DNA of 64,000 nucleotides, taken from Anthoceros angustus. Its lineage: Eukaryota > Plantae > Anthocerotophyta. Positions 1 through 11,542 of this stretch are shown here, one piece after another; the stretch's first letter is position 1, and every line of letters begins with the position of its first letter. The stretch lies in the NCBI GenBank assembly GCA_010909165.1, contig VJWM01000135.1:310001-374000 (forward strand), in the 5' to 3' direction. A program made the translations under genes and the position numbers. Below the pieces are notes generated by a model. It ran no database searches. It was given only the letters and a program-made list of their open reading frames with translations, and was not told the origin of the DNA.

Positions 1-2450
1 GCCTGGGAATGGAGGAGTCTAGAAGAAGGGCCCTTTGCGCCTGTAGATATTGCTTCTCCTGGAGAGAGGCTTGAAGGCCACGCATCCCTTCCCTAGAGAA
101 AGAGGAAAAAGAGGGCATGGCTTCCCTAGCCTCTGAGGAAAGGGAGTCCCTAGCCCGCCTCAGAGAGATCTGCAAGGGAAACTTTAAGGCCCCCTCCTCA
201 TCACTCGAGACGAAGGCTTCTAGAAGTCTTGCATTAAGAACCGAGAGGCCAAAATTGGGGCAGAGAGGACCCAACTCCCGAGGAAGGCCACCGGAGCCAA
301 AGCCTCTATGGCCCAGCAAACCAGTGCCTCCAAAGGCTCCTGGCAATGATGTTTGTTTCCGCACCAAGTCACTGTCGGCGCATTCGAAGGTGCCGGGACC
401 TATGATATCCCCAAGCGCTTGCATAACCTGCCTATCAAAATTTCTCAAGCTTGATAAAAAGGTCAGGGATGGACCAACCGTCCTGGTAAGATAACCTGGT
501 TGACGCGCGAAGCAGGAAGACAAAATACCAAACGCAACCTGAGGGTCCCCAATTTGTGAAAGGTCCCCAATGTGAGCCTTGTCTTCTTCCAAAGCCGCGT
601 CCACAAACCCTTGAATAAAGTCAGGGGGACCCAGCGGAATTCCAAGGACTCGAAGCCCTTGCGGAGAAATAATATCCCCCCCTGGATAGTGAAGAGAGGG
701 TGTATTGCTAGAAGGGGACCACACATTGCACTTATCAACCTTGACCCTTAATCCCATATGCGAGAGCTCCAAGGAGAAGAGATTAAAGACATCTCTCACC
801 TTGTCCCCTAGCCCGAGGATATGGGTATCGTTAGCGACGAATGGGAAAAGGCACTCACGAACTGCAAAGGCTGTGAAGGACAGCGCCTTGAAATGCGCCA
901 TGGCGAAGATGGCGCCCTCCAATGGATCCTCTTGCCTTGTGCCCGTCGTCGAGTGGAGAACCGAAACACCTTCCGTAGCTGGACCATGTTGATATATAGT
1001 AGAGATTGGACAGAGAACCGTAGAAGGAGCAAACAAATGGAATGAGGCCTGCCAAGTGCCCACCTGCGTCCCTGAGTTCCGAGAAAATGATAGCCCTGGA
1101 CACAGTGTTGAAGGCATTCTTGACATCCACGTGTAGGGCAACCCAATATGGGTGAGACTTGAGGACCGCCTAGATACCAAAGGCCGCATACTTACAACCG
1201 CCTAGAGTGGCAATCCCAAATTGGTGGGGGCAAAGGTGCTCCCGAAGTTGAATAGCAATGTTGCGGCTGATCAAGCGCAGGAACGCCTCCCTAACAGCAA
1301 CACGGTGCACCCTTGACGTAAGTTTCTCCAAAGCTAGTAACCTGCAAGCCCCCAAGACCTGGGAGATCCTGCGAGGAGCCTTGCCTTTGGCCACAGCCGC
1401 CGCCAGGATGAAAAGCTCTGAAAAACCACTAGAGGGATCCTCTGGGGAGAAATAATCGCGAAGGTGGTCATAAAGTGTCTCAGACAGGCCACTCAAGGAG
1501 AGACGGGGGGTAGTGGAGAGGGCCCGACCAAAGACCGCCCTGTCTAGACAAAAAGGCTCATCGGGCATGAAATCAAAGATATCCTGTGGAATGCTCTCAC
1601 TGGGGGCCGGATGAAGGGCACGGAGCGCGGCAATGGTGTCCTCGGAGGCCGGTGCCACTAGCTCCGAGTGCAGAGCCCTAGCAGCCCACGTGTACTCACC
1701 ATTCCGACCCAACATATGACACCTTCGGAGACGCGCCTTATTAGGGTCCGGACATACCTTATCGACCTTGGCCAACTCCAACCTAAATCTTGCCGCCAAA
1801 AGATCCTCCTCCTGTAGAGCCTCTCAATTCCCTGCCCGAAAGCGGCGGAGGCGGAAAGCCACCTCCCTATGGCATGAAGGGCCGCCCCTAGAGCGCTGAA
1901 GACACCACCTAGGAAGGAAAAGGAAAAGAGTCCAAGCAAGCAGTCCAATGGAAGGCGATACGCAAGGTGAACATCGTTGTGAAGACGCCTCAGGAGCCGC
2001 CAAAAAAGACGGGGGCCTGGGAAACGGGTGTGAAACAACACCAGCAAGTGGTCGCATTGCCTCCGAAGCCACTCCCAAGACTGAGGTTGCCGGAAGAGGG
2101 ATTGGGTGAGCCGCTATACCGGAAGAAGCAAGCCGCACTTGCGCCTCCCAAGTAGTCTTGTCGAAATCCTTGTGTTTGTGCTCGATGTGACATTTCACCC
2201 CCTTGAGCCCAGAGCAAAGTTGAGAGCAGACGGGATGTCCTCAGCAAATTGGGTGCCTCGCATCATATTGGGAGACTTGGAAAAGACATGGAGAAGACCC
2301 TGGAAAAGACCTTGCCCCGGAAATCACAATTCCAAACTTCGTATCCGCAGAAGATTCCGGGTGGGGTACAGTAACGGCCAAAGGAAAAATCAGAGAAGCT
2401 AGAAAAACCGAAGGTCATACATGTATAGAAGACCCTTGAGAACACCGCTT
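1..2450 (-). mobile_element. Degenerate non-LTR retrotransposon (CRE/SLACS-like RT), 3' part runs off the window start
   Basis: Minus-strand broken frames give RT motifs: HQFGIATLGGC, DVKNAFNTVSR, GTRQEDPLEGAIF and a decayed catalytic motif FVANDTHIL (YADD position). Upstream RCHMLGRNGEYTWAARAL resembles the pre-RT region. Many frameshifts. Clade assignment is from recalled motifs. Confidence 0.8.
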
Positions 2451-5252
2451 ACCGCTCCAAAACCCTTGAGAACACCACTCCCTGAACACCGCTCCAGCAC
2501 GGCTCCATATACCTCCTTAGCCAAGTATGAGTAGATAACAATTCCACAATTGATGAGTTAATAATAATTTGTTGAGCATTATTCCGAAGTGAGAATTCTT
2601 CTACACGAGATTACAATAATGGAAGTGTTGTGCTAAATTCTCATATAAAGAGATTTTGCACAATATTTAATTATAATATGTTAATCGAATTCTCATGTGA
2701 AGTGTTTTTCCACACTAGTTAATAATAATCTAACAGGCCTAATACTGCAAAGAGTTCAGGCGAGAGCTCACTTGCAAGAGTTAATGCAAATTCAGCATGC
2801 CGAATTCTTGAATGAGAGTTTTTACGAAAGAATTAACAATAGTTTGGTGGACCAGATTCCCACGTGTGTGCCAGTGCATCGTCAAACATAGAGATAACCA
2901 AGGGAGCTGCATAGTGCCCGAGAGGGATGACATACACCATATATACCATCATGTCAGGGCGGGTTCACCATGTCGCCGCTAGTCGTACATAGCTGTGCAT
3001 TGATATACATTGTATTAAACCAAGGTGACCAACTTGCCCATGCCAGGGGAATGGGAAAAGAGAGACCCCTAATCAAAGGGCACCATGAGATGAAATACTA
3101 CGTTCCATGAGGGTTGGTGACGACCCTTAATAAAAGTGCACCATGAGATGGAGTAGCGTTGGTAACATTTGCTGTCATCCAAAAATGACACATCTAAAAT
3201 ACATCATCCAAATATGGTACCTCGATAATCTTTCGGAAGATCTAAAAGACATACATTCTCAGCAGGATATGACTAGTCAACCTTAACGTCTTAGGCCACT
3301 CGGCCAAATCAGCTTGATAATATTAAAGTATGATACAAAGTTTGACAATATTAAAGTATGATACAAAGTTTGACAATGTCATATGTTATAAAGTCTTAGG
3401 CCACTCAAGGAGAGACGGGGTAGTGGAGAGGGCCGACCAAAGACCACTGCCTAGACAAAAAACTCATCGGGCATGAAATCAAAGATATCCTGTGGAATGC
3501 TCTCACTGGGGGCCGGATGAAGGGCACGGAGCGCGGCAATGGTGTCCTCGAGGCCGTGCCACTAGCTCCGAGGCAAGAGCCTCAGCAGCCCACGGTACTC
3601 ACCATTCCGACCCAACATATGACACCTTGAGCGCCAGGGGTCCGGACATACCTTATCGACCTTGGCCAACTCCAACCTAAATCTTGCCGCCAAAAGATCC
3701 TCCTCCTGTGAGCCTCTCACCCGCCTGGAAGCGGAGGCGGAAAGCCACCTCCCTATGGCATGAAGGGCCGCCCCTAGAGCCAAGACACCACCTAGGCTGA
3801 AAAGGAAAAGAGTCCAAGCAAGCCCAATGGAAGGCGATACGCAAGGTGAACATCATGAAGACGCCTCAGAGCCGCCAAAAAGACGTGGGAAACGTGTGAA
3901 ACAACACCAGCAAGTGGTCGCATTGCCTCAAGCCACTCCCAAGACCGAGGTTGGGAAGAGGGATTGGGTGAGCCGCTATCTGGAAGAAGCAAGCCGCACT
4001 TGCGCCTCCCAAGTAGTCTTGTCGAAATCCTTGTGTTTGTGCTCGATGTGACATTTCACCCCCTTGAGCCCAGAGCAAAGTTGAGAGCAGACCGGGCAGG
4101 GGATGTCCTTGACAGGCGCAAATTGGGTGGCCTGCATCATATTGGGGAGACTTGGAAAAAGACATGGAGAAGACCCTGGAAAAGACCTTGCCCCGGAAAT
4201 CACAATTCCAAACTGTAGATCCAGAAGATTAGGGTACAGAATACAAAGGAAAAATCAGAGAAGCTAGAAAAACCGAAGGTCATACATGTATAGAAGACCC
4301 TTGAGAACACCGCTCACCGCTCCAAAACCCTTGAGAACACCACTCTAACACCGCTCCAAAGACGGCTCCATATACCTCCCAGCCAAGTATGAGTAGATAA
4401 CAATTCCACAATTGATGAGTTAATAATAATTTGTTGAGCATTATTCAAGTGAGAATTCTTCTACACGAGATTACAATAATGGAAGTGTTGAAGCAAATTC
4501 TCATATAAAGAGATTTTGCACAATATTTAATTATAATATACAATTCTCATGTGAAGTGTTTTTCCACACTAGTTAATAATAATCTAACAGGCCTAATACT
4601 GCAAAGAGTTCAGGCGAGAGCTCACTTGCAAGAGTTAATGCAAATTCAAAGATGCGAATTCTTGAATGAGAGTTTTACGAAGAATTAACAATAGTTTGGT
4701 GGACCGATTCCCACGTGTGCAAAGGCATCGTCAAACATAGAGATAACCAAGGGAGCTACGTGCATAGTGCCCGAGAGGGATGACATACACCATATATACC
4801 ATCATGTCGTATGGTTCACCATGTCGCTAGTCGTATATATAGTCAGGCATTGATATACATTGTATTAAACCAAGGTGACCAACTTGCCCATGCCAGGGGA
4901 ATGGGAAAAGAGAGACCCTAATCAAAGGGCACCATGAGATGAAATACTGCCCATGAGGGTTGGTGGCGACCCTTAATAAAAGTGCACCATGAGATGGAGT
5001 AGCGTTGGTAACATTTGCTGTCATCCAAAAATGACACATCTAAAATACATCATCCAAATATGGTACCTCGATAATCTTTCGGAAGATCTAAAAGACATAC
5101 ATTCTCAGCAGGATATGACTAGTCAACCTTAACGTCTTAGGCCACTCGGCCAAATCAGCTTGATAATATTAAAGTATGATACAAAGTTTGACAATATTAA
5201 AGTATGATACAAAGTTTGACAATGTCATATGTTATAAAGTCTTAGGCCACTC
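1486..5252. repeat. Tandem duplication, units 1486-3397 (1912 bp) and 3398-5243 (1846 bp), junction microhomology AGGCCACTC
   Basis: Direct comparison: 1486 aggccactcaaggag matches 3398 aggccactcaaggag; the second unit ends at 5244 aggccactc then diverges. The copies differ by many small indels. Confidence 0.92.
3398..4300 (-). pseudogene. Second, deletion-riddled copy of the retroelement 5' region; keeps a C2H2 zinc finger
   Basis: ORF 3976-4203 contains CPVCSQLCSGLKGVKCHIEHKH (C-x2-C-x12-H-x3-H). In copy 1 the cysteines are lost through small deletions near 2230. Confidence 0.7.
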
Positions 5253-5300
5253 TGTCAAATCATTTTGATAATATTAAAGTATGATACAAAGTTTGACAAT
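5161..5300. repeat. 28-bp unit attaaagtatgatacaaagtttgacaat (2 tandem copies plus a third; also at ~3317-3377)
   Basis: Read directly from the sequence. Confidence 0.8.
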
Positions 5301-6031
5301 GTAATATGTAGTAAGGAAGATGAATTGAATTTCTACTAATCAAATGAGTAATATTGATCACATCTTTAATCTTCTTGCAACCAAGATCTTGCATTCCCTA
5401 TGCACTCGTTCTTTGTTATCTTGTCCAATAGCAGCATTTTTCTAAGATCATCTGAAATAAAGACTTAACTAAGTATACTTAAAACCTTGATTCATAGATA
5501 CCTTAAATAATATATATGTTAGATACATATAAATTTATTAAGATTTTACGAAATAAAAATATGCAGGCCGATATTTTAAATCCATAAACCGGGTAGGTAC
5601 TAATGACATTGAAAAGAGTGTTAGCAGTGCAAAAGATGTTTTGAAGAAGACGTGTGATGTGTGACAGTGAGCAGTAGCGCATATGTATGTATCTAGTCCC
5701 GGGGAGTGTCCAGGGGATTAGGGGAACGTACGATGAGGCGCGTGCCGTATTTGTTTGAATTTCATAGTTTTGGCCGGTCCCGGGGCCCGGTCCAGGCCGC
5801 AGGAGCAAGAGAAGCTGGTGGTTGGGTGATAAGCCTGCAGAGCAGCCGCTGCGGCAGCAGAGAGGAGGAAGGAAGGAAGGAAGGAAGGAAGCATGTAGAG
5901 TGCGCGATCGCGAGCAGAGGCGAGCAGAGGCGAGCAGTGTAGAGAAGCCGGAGCAGCGGAAGCGGAGCGGGGAAGGCGTAATTCCATGGTGGGACGCGCC
6001 TGCTGTGGAGAGGCGGCTTGTGGAGCAGACC

Positions 6032-7987
6032 ATGTGGGCTCGAAGCTTTGGCCACACCTTCCTCCTTCTCCTGCTCTCCCTCCTGCTGCAGAGCCCGGGC
6101 CACCGGGCCCTGGCCGCCTCCTGCGCCGCTGCCCATGTCCCGCCTTCCAGCTGCGTCGCCGGGCTGCAGCTCCAGCTCCAGCTCCAGGCCCCGCCGGCGG
6201 GCGCAGCGTGGGACAAGGGCGGGCTGGAGCTCCTGCAGGGCGTGTCGCTGGAGCACGGGAAGGCGGCGGCGGGTGCGGGATTCGGAGGGCGTAATGGGTG
6301 GGTGGGTGGCGGCGGCCAAGGGCAAAGGCAAGGGCAAGGGCAAGGGGGGATCAAGAAGAGCGTTGTGGGTGGGGGAATGCTGAGAGGCGGGCATTTGCTT
6401 CCGGTTTGCATGGAGCAGGCCCCGGCTGCGTACTACGGGCAGCTCATGCTCTTCTTCTGCGCCACCATCAGCAGCATGCTGGTGTTCATCTACTACACGG
6501 CCCCCGCGCAATTGCGCACGCAAATCTCCCGCCAGCAGCCGCCGAGGTCCCGGAAGGCGGGCCGGGCCGGGGCCCCGCTCATCGTGTGGCGCAGCAAGCA
6601 CGGGAGCCTGCAGGCGCAGGTGCAGGTGGTGAATGGCGGCGCTGGCGGCGGCGGCGGGGATGGGAAGTGGGTTTTTCCTTGGGCGGTGCTGTCGCGGCTC
6701 TTTGCTTCCTCTACCACTTCTTCCGTTTCTTCTTCTTCTTCTTCTTCTTCTTCTTCTTCTTCTTCGACTTCGTGTTCGGCTGTTGGGTCCTCGGAGGCGC
6801 AAGCTCCGGGATCCAAGACTGAAGCGCAGGAGAGGCCCCGGCCCGGCAGCGGGAATGGTAGGAAAGGTTCTTGGAAGGGGGCGGGGCGGGGCTCCGATAG
6901 GCAGGGACGTCAGGCTAGTCGTAGCAGTAGCGAGCCGGGTGGCGGTGGTTCCCCCACGCCCGCCTCCAGCTCCAGTGGTAGGCAGGCGGGGTCCGGTGGA
7001 GGGGGCGGGTCTGTGAAGCAGCCCAAGGAGTCGTTTAGGAAGGGCGGGCAGTCGAAGCGGGAGTTCTTGGTCCGGAGTAGCGCCCAGGAGCAGCTGCTGG
7101 TGGATGCTCACAAGGACAAGCAGAGGAAGCCTGCCCAGAGGAGGAGCCTCCGGGTGGAGGGCAGCCCGGAAGTGGGTACTACCTCTTCTCCCGATTTGCA
7201 CAAGCAAGAAATTGGGAGCAGCACTGGGACTGAAACTAGTACTAGCAGGAGCGGCAGGAACGGGAGGAGCGGCAGCAGCAGGGCGAGCAAGAGCGACAGC
7301 GCTTCGCCTTCCTCGGAATCTCCTGTAAGCAGCAGCAGCGGGGGATGGGCGGAGTGGGAGGGATGGGGAAAGGCAACAGTGCAGGGCGGGGCCACTGGGT
7401 GGTGGAACAGGAGCGGGATATGGGGTCCGCAGGATCTCAACTCCACCTCCTCCGCCACTGCCGCGTTCGGAAGAGCTGTTGCATTCGGGAGCCAGGGGCA
7501 TTGGACGCCGCCTGAGCCATTGTGGGGTGATGGGCACTGTAGCTTGCAGCCGTGGCTTCTCCGTGATTCATCGGTGACATCTTTTCTGGACTTGAGTTCC
7601 AGTCTAGGCAAGGAGCTCGCTTGCGAGGCCGCCGCCGGACCGGCTGGCTTTTCCAACTCGGTGGTGATCCAGGACATGGACAATCTGCCGTTAAAATGTA
7701 GAGCACGGCCGCGTTCGGTGGAGGGGGACACGGATTGGAGCAGCAGCCTGCCCTCCTCTCCGGGCTGCTTCAGTCCCTTCTCCTCCCCCAGGGCTGTGGG
7801 ATCCCGCAGGCTGGTGGGAGTGATCGGGCAGGGGCTGAACGGAAGCAACGGCGGGAATCCATACGCATGGGAGTGTGCAGAGCAAGTACCAGTACCCATA
7901 CAGTACTGTCCTCTTGCGGACTGCCCCTTACCCATACCCAAGGTCTCCTGCTCGCTCTGGTCCGACGATAGTCTGTTCGCTCCGTGA
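6032..7987 (+). CDS. Single-exon hypothetical membrane protein, 651 aa: signal peptide, one TM helix, long Ser/Gly-rich disordered tail
   Basis: Open frame 5822-7987 with first ATG at 6032. N-terminal hydrophobic stretch FLLLLLSLLL...ALAA; TM-like YYGQLMLFFCATISSMLVFIYY; (TCT)n encodes poly-Ser. No family recognised. Confidence 0.55.
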   Translation: MWARSFGHTFLLLLLSLLLQSPGHRALAASCAAAHVPPSSCVAGLQLQLQLQAPPAGAAWDKGGLELLQGVSLEHGKAAAGAGFGGRNGWVGGGGQGQRQGQGQGGIKKSVVGGGMLRGGHLLPVCMEQAPAAYYGQLMLFFCATISSMLVFIYYTAPAQLRTQISRQQPPRSRKAGRAGAPLIVWRSKHGSLQAQVQVVNGGAGGGGGDGKWVFPWAVLSRLFASSTTSSVSSSSSSSSSSSSSTSCSAVGSSEAQAPGSKTEAQERPRPGSGNGRKGSWKGAGRGSDRQGRQASRSSSEPGGGGSPTPASSSSGRQAGSGGGGGSVKQPKESFRKGGQSKREFLVRSSAQEQLLVDAHKDKQRKPAQRRSLRVEGSPEVGTTSSPDLHKQEIGSSTGTETSTSRSGRNGRSGSSRASKSDSASPSSESPVSSSSGGWAEWEGWGKATVQGGATGWWNRSGIWGPQDLNSTSSATAAFGRAVAFGSQGHWTPPEPLWGDGHCSLQPWLLRDSSVTSFLDLSSSLGKELACEAAAGPAGFSNSVVIQDMDNLPLKCRARPRSVEGDTDWSSSLPSSPGCFSPFSSPRAVGSRRLVGVIGQGLNGSNGGNPYAWECAEQVPVPIQYCPLADCPLPIPKVSCSLWSDDSLFAP

Positions 7988-8659
7988 CTTGCTGTTCTGA
8001 GCATACAAAGTGGTGGTGATGAATCATCCGAAGCGCTGCGTTGTTCTGTGCCAGCTTCATCTCCCATTTTTTTTCCTCCCCTCCCTGCAGTCTGCAGTGC
8101 CAGGTCCTGCGGTGGGAGTTGTGCAGTAATTGTGGACTAGGTGCATCCTTCCCCCGTCTTCTGCTTCCAGTGAGAACCGAAAAATGAAGATTCAAATCGC
8201 CTGGCGGAATATTGTCAACCTGCTTTGGCTGTATCCTCTGCGCGCATCGTTGCGCTTTCCCTGTACAGTACGTGCCCCTGGCCGCCGGTAGTGCCTGCTC
8301 TGACGCTTGCTCGCCCAGTATAGCTGTCCACATGGCATGCTCCATAAAATGTCCCGGGAACATCGCGACCTGACGACGTCACCGATGTCGCATACGGGGC
8401 GGCTTTAACCATCGAGGGTCCCGCTGCAGCTGCAAGCTTGCAAGCTGCAAGCTTCAAGCTGCAGGGGGGGGGCCCAGGCCTTATCCTGAGGACACCAGCA
8501 GGGGCGGGCCAAATCCGACTTTCGCGACCCTGTGGATGACCTGGCGGTGGAACTGATGTGCGCCATACGGGCAGGAGCTTGCATGCCTTGCAGTTCTGAT
8601 GAGAGATTCTGTTCGGGGATATGGGAGGGGGCAACGTGAACTCTTTAAACTCACCTGCA

Positions 8660-8730
8660 GGGCCTTTGGTCCAGTGGCACGATCCCTTGCGTAGAGAGAG
8701 AGAACGTGGGTTCGATTCTCGCATTGCCCC
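8660..8730 (+). pseudogene. tRNA-Pro-like relic (tRNA pseudogene or SINE head)
   Basis: GGGCCTTTGGTCCAGTGGCACGAT...GTGGGTTCGATTCTCGCATTGCCCC resembles plant tRNA-Pro ends (GGGCGTTTGGTCTAGTGG...GAGTTCGATTCTCGGAACGCCCC). A and B boxes and a pairable T-stem survive; the anticodon arm is replaced by AG-rich sequence. Confidence 0.55.
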
Positions 8731-9011
8731 TAGGGATTGCATGTCATCTACGATCTATTTTCCGGGGGAGCCAAACCAAACCAAACCAGAAGTTGCTGCC
8801 AACTAAAACACATCACCCCAAACATGACCCCGGGGCCTTCAAGGAGTGACATCCAGACAGGAGATAAACGCGCCTGCTCACTGACCGATGCACCGTGCTG
8901 CCGGCATCCTCTCTCCCTTCCCGGCGACCAACCCTACGGCAACTGGTTCTCTCTTCGGTGTTCCACGGCTATGTCCTGCTCCATGCCCATGTCCCATGCC
9001 TCCATCGCTGT

Positions 9012-10118
9012 ACTAAGCAGTGGGGCCCACCATCCGGCCACTTTGTCCATCCTCTAAACAAGTCTATGCCACGGCATGGTGGCCTAAGTGGGGGGCGTGG
9101 GATGTGGAAGATGTAAAAAATAAAAAAAGAATAAATTGAAACTTTCTTCTTCTTTTTTTGGAAAAAGAGACTAAATAATAGCTTTATTAATGTATACTAA
9201 GGATGGAAAAACTATCATAGACAGAGATAATATAGCGTAAAATAAGTAAAAAGTAGAGTTCATATACGCACGTTTGAACAAAAGAGACAGTCATTGTTTG
9301 AGATAAGAGAAAAAAAGAGGAAAAAATTAATAAGAAGTCCAACAATGCTTGGGCTTGATCAAGAAGCTCAGAAAGACAAACCAAAAAACTTAGGGATATG
9401 AAAAAAAAACTACCACACTAGAAAAAAAAGAGTATATCAAACTTGAGTGTTAGCATAAACAGGACAATAGAATGGGAAATGCAAATCAAGTCCAGGGGTG
9501 TAGAGAACATAGGGAAAGAAAAATTTATTATAAAAAAGAGATGGGAAAAACCCATCCACCCCAAAAACAAAAGGGGGAAAAACCCAACGAAGGGCAACAT
9601 GCCAGAGGGACTAACCCTCACGATCACGCATTTCAAAACTACCAACCACCCGAAGAACTTCGTGGTCAGGGATGTGAAAAGGCCTACTTACCACCGGTGT
9701 CGAAGAAGCTGCATCTCCTCTCCCGTGCTCGCTGTCGTTCTATACACTGCGTTAGCTAACAGGGTGTAGAGAACATAGCTTGCAAATATAAAACTTACAA
9801 ATACGTTCCACGAGTTAACATAAAACTCCGCCTACTTACCACCATTGGAGAGAGTGTTGGAAACTTCGACTTCATAGCAATGAGTTTAGGTTAGAAACGA
9901 AAGTGGAAACTCATACAGATTATAACTTAATCCACGTGGCGTGGCGGGAGCCATGGGGCATCGCGACTACTTAGGGCACAGGAAATGGGGCATGGGACAT
10001 GGAGGATCGCGACGACGTGGGCATCGGAAAGCTATGCCATGGGCTTGTTGTCGAGCCCACATAGACATCGGAACGGAGGCCGCCCGTCTTGGGCGAATGG
10101 TGGGCCCCACTGCTAAGT
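9012..10118. repeat. 22-bp inverted repeat pair (9012-9033 and 10097-10118) around an A-rich core; possible non-autonomous DNA transposon
   Basis: actaagcagtggggcccaccat vs reverse complement of atggtgggccccactgctaagt, 21/22 match. No TSD or transposase seen. Confidence 0.4.
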
Positions 10119-10496
10119 GGGCGGCCGCACTGAGTTTGCAAGGAGCTCCTTGATGCATACCTGCTTCTCTGTCTCCTTGGGCGGGCCCCCTTGATGTGCG
10201 TCTAGGGGGCAACCCCACTATGGTTGCTTGCTCGAGGGGGCGCGCCGGTTTGGAAGTGTAAGACCTGAGGGCCGGCGTCAGACTTTAAGGGGCCGGTTTG
10301 CATGTGTAAGACCTTGACCTGGAGAGAAGCTTTCTAAACAAGTTCATTGAAGGCCGGTTCCTAAGTGTGCGACCTTGACCTTGAGGGCCTTGAGACCTTG
10401 AAGCGTGAAACATTTTGACACCTTCGACCTTCTGAGACCTTCAGGCGTGAAACCTCTGTGCACTGCACTCAGCGAAAAACTGATATATTCCACCTT

Positions 10497-10610
10497 GGAG
10501 ATCAGACTGACAAGTAACTTCCACATGAGATCATCAGACTGACAAGGAACTTCCACTTGATGATCACCAGAGATCACAGTTAGTTACTGACAAGTAACTT
10601 CCGCTTGATC
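10497..10610. repeat. Three degenerate copies of (atcag)actgacaagtaacttcc
   Basis: Copies near 10501, 10533 and 10585, next to short gaccttga repeats at 10370-10450. Confidence 0.6.
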
Positions 10611-10810
10611 AGATCACAGTTATTCTAGATTCGAAACACATTCGCCTTCATTAGGCAACGGTAATGTCTAAAGTGCACAGTACAATTTCAAGCGACAGTA
10701 GACATACTGTATGTATGTACCTCGTCCCTAATGACAGATGGCTCCAAGACCCTACCATCAGCAAAGATACTACTGTAAGACCTGGAAAAGCTGTCAGCGA
10801 TGGAAAACAA

Positions 10811-11542
10811 TCAGCACGCCACAGGGGCCGCCCACGTTGGTTGTGTAGCTTCCTTTTCCACATTTTCAATCCATGCCCAGACATGCTCAAGAAATGTTTT
10901 ATTTTGAGGCCGATCCTTCCTTCTCACGTATGTTGCAGCCTCCTTGTGAGTATACGCGTCAAGATGAGGTACATGAGCCATACCTGGAGCGTAATGAGGA
11001 TCAGCAAAATAGACCTGTGCCTCAAACATCGGGGAGCTGATAACCCGTGAAACTCCGACATCTGGTTGCAGGTCAGAGACTATAATAGGAGAACGTACAT
11101 AATGCCCCTTCCCAATACCTTCCAACTCATCCAGTTTCCGCAAGGCAACAGAGTCTACCTCATACAGTTCTCCCCGCACTCTGCAACCTTTGGCAGGGAT
11201 GTTCAGCAGGAACGGAACCTGGAAGGGGCCACATACTAGAGGAAACTGGTCCTTCGTGAAGGCAGCGCCCAGAAACCGTGCATGACCAGATGCCATTTGT
11301 TCCTCCATGAGCCAATGATTGCCGAATCCTTGCTTCAAAGTTCCATACACAAAGGCCACACAGCAAGATGGTGACACGAGCCTTCCCCCTTGCATCCTCG
11401 ATGATATCAAGGGCCTTGCAACCCAGTCTTCCATCCTATTCTCCTTCTCCTCCTGCTGCATGGAACTCTCCTCTCGTCCACAAGCAGTGCAGCTCGTCAG
11501 CAGCCTTTCAGCATGTGACGATGGAGAGCCATCACACGCCAT
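10811..11542 (-). CDS. Gamma-glutamylcyclotransferase / AIG2-like (GGACT-type) protein, intronless
   Basis: AFVYGTLKQGFGNH motif, then VRGELYEVD...LDELEG...YVR. The true start could be a downstream Met. Confidence 0.85.
   Translation of the reverse strand: MACDGSPSSHAERLLTSCTACGREESSMQQEEKENRMEDWVARPLISSRMQGGRLVSPSCCVAFVYGTLKQGFGNHWLMEEQMASGHARFLGAAFTKDQFPLVCGPFQVPFLLNIPAKGCRVRGELYEVDSVALRKLDELEGIGKGHYVRSPIIVSDLQPDVGVSRVISSPMFEAQVYFADPHYAPGMAHVPHLDAYTHKEAATYVRRKDRPQNKTFLEHVWAWIENVEKEATQPTWAAPVAC

Noticed and set aside
4827-5039. Small ORF with GLIQC suggesting a secreted cysteine protein
   Set aside because: Built partly from ~30-bp direct repeats, interrupted by a stop in the other duplicate copy, and lacks a consistent Cys pattern.
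5762-7537. 591-aa minus-strand ORF
   Set aside because: Antisense shadow of a GC-rich, microsatellite-rich plus-strand ORF; no protein features.
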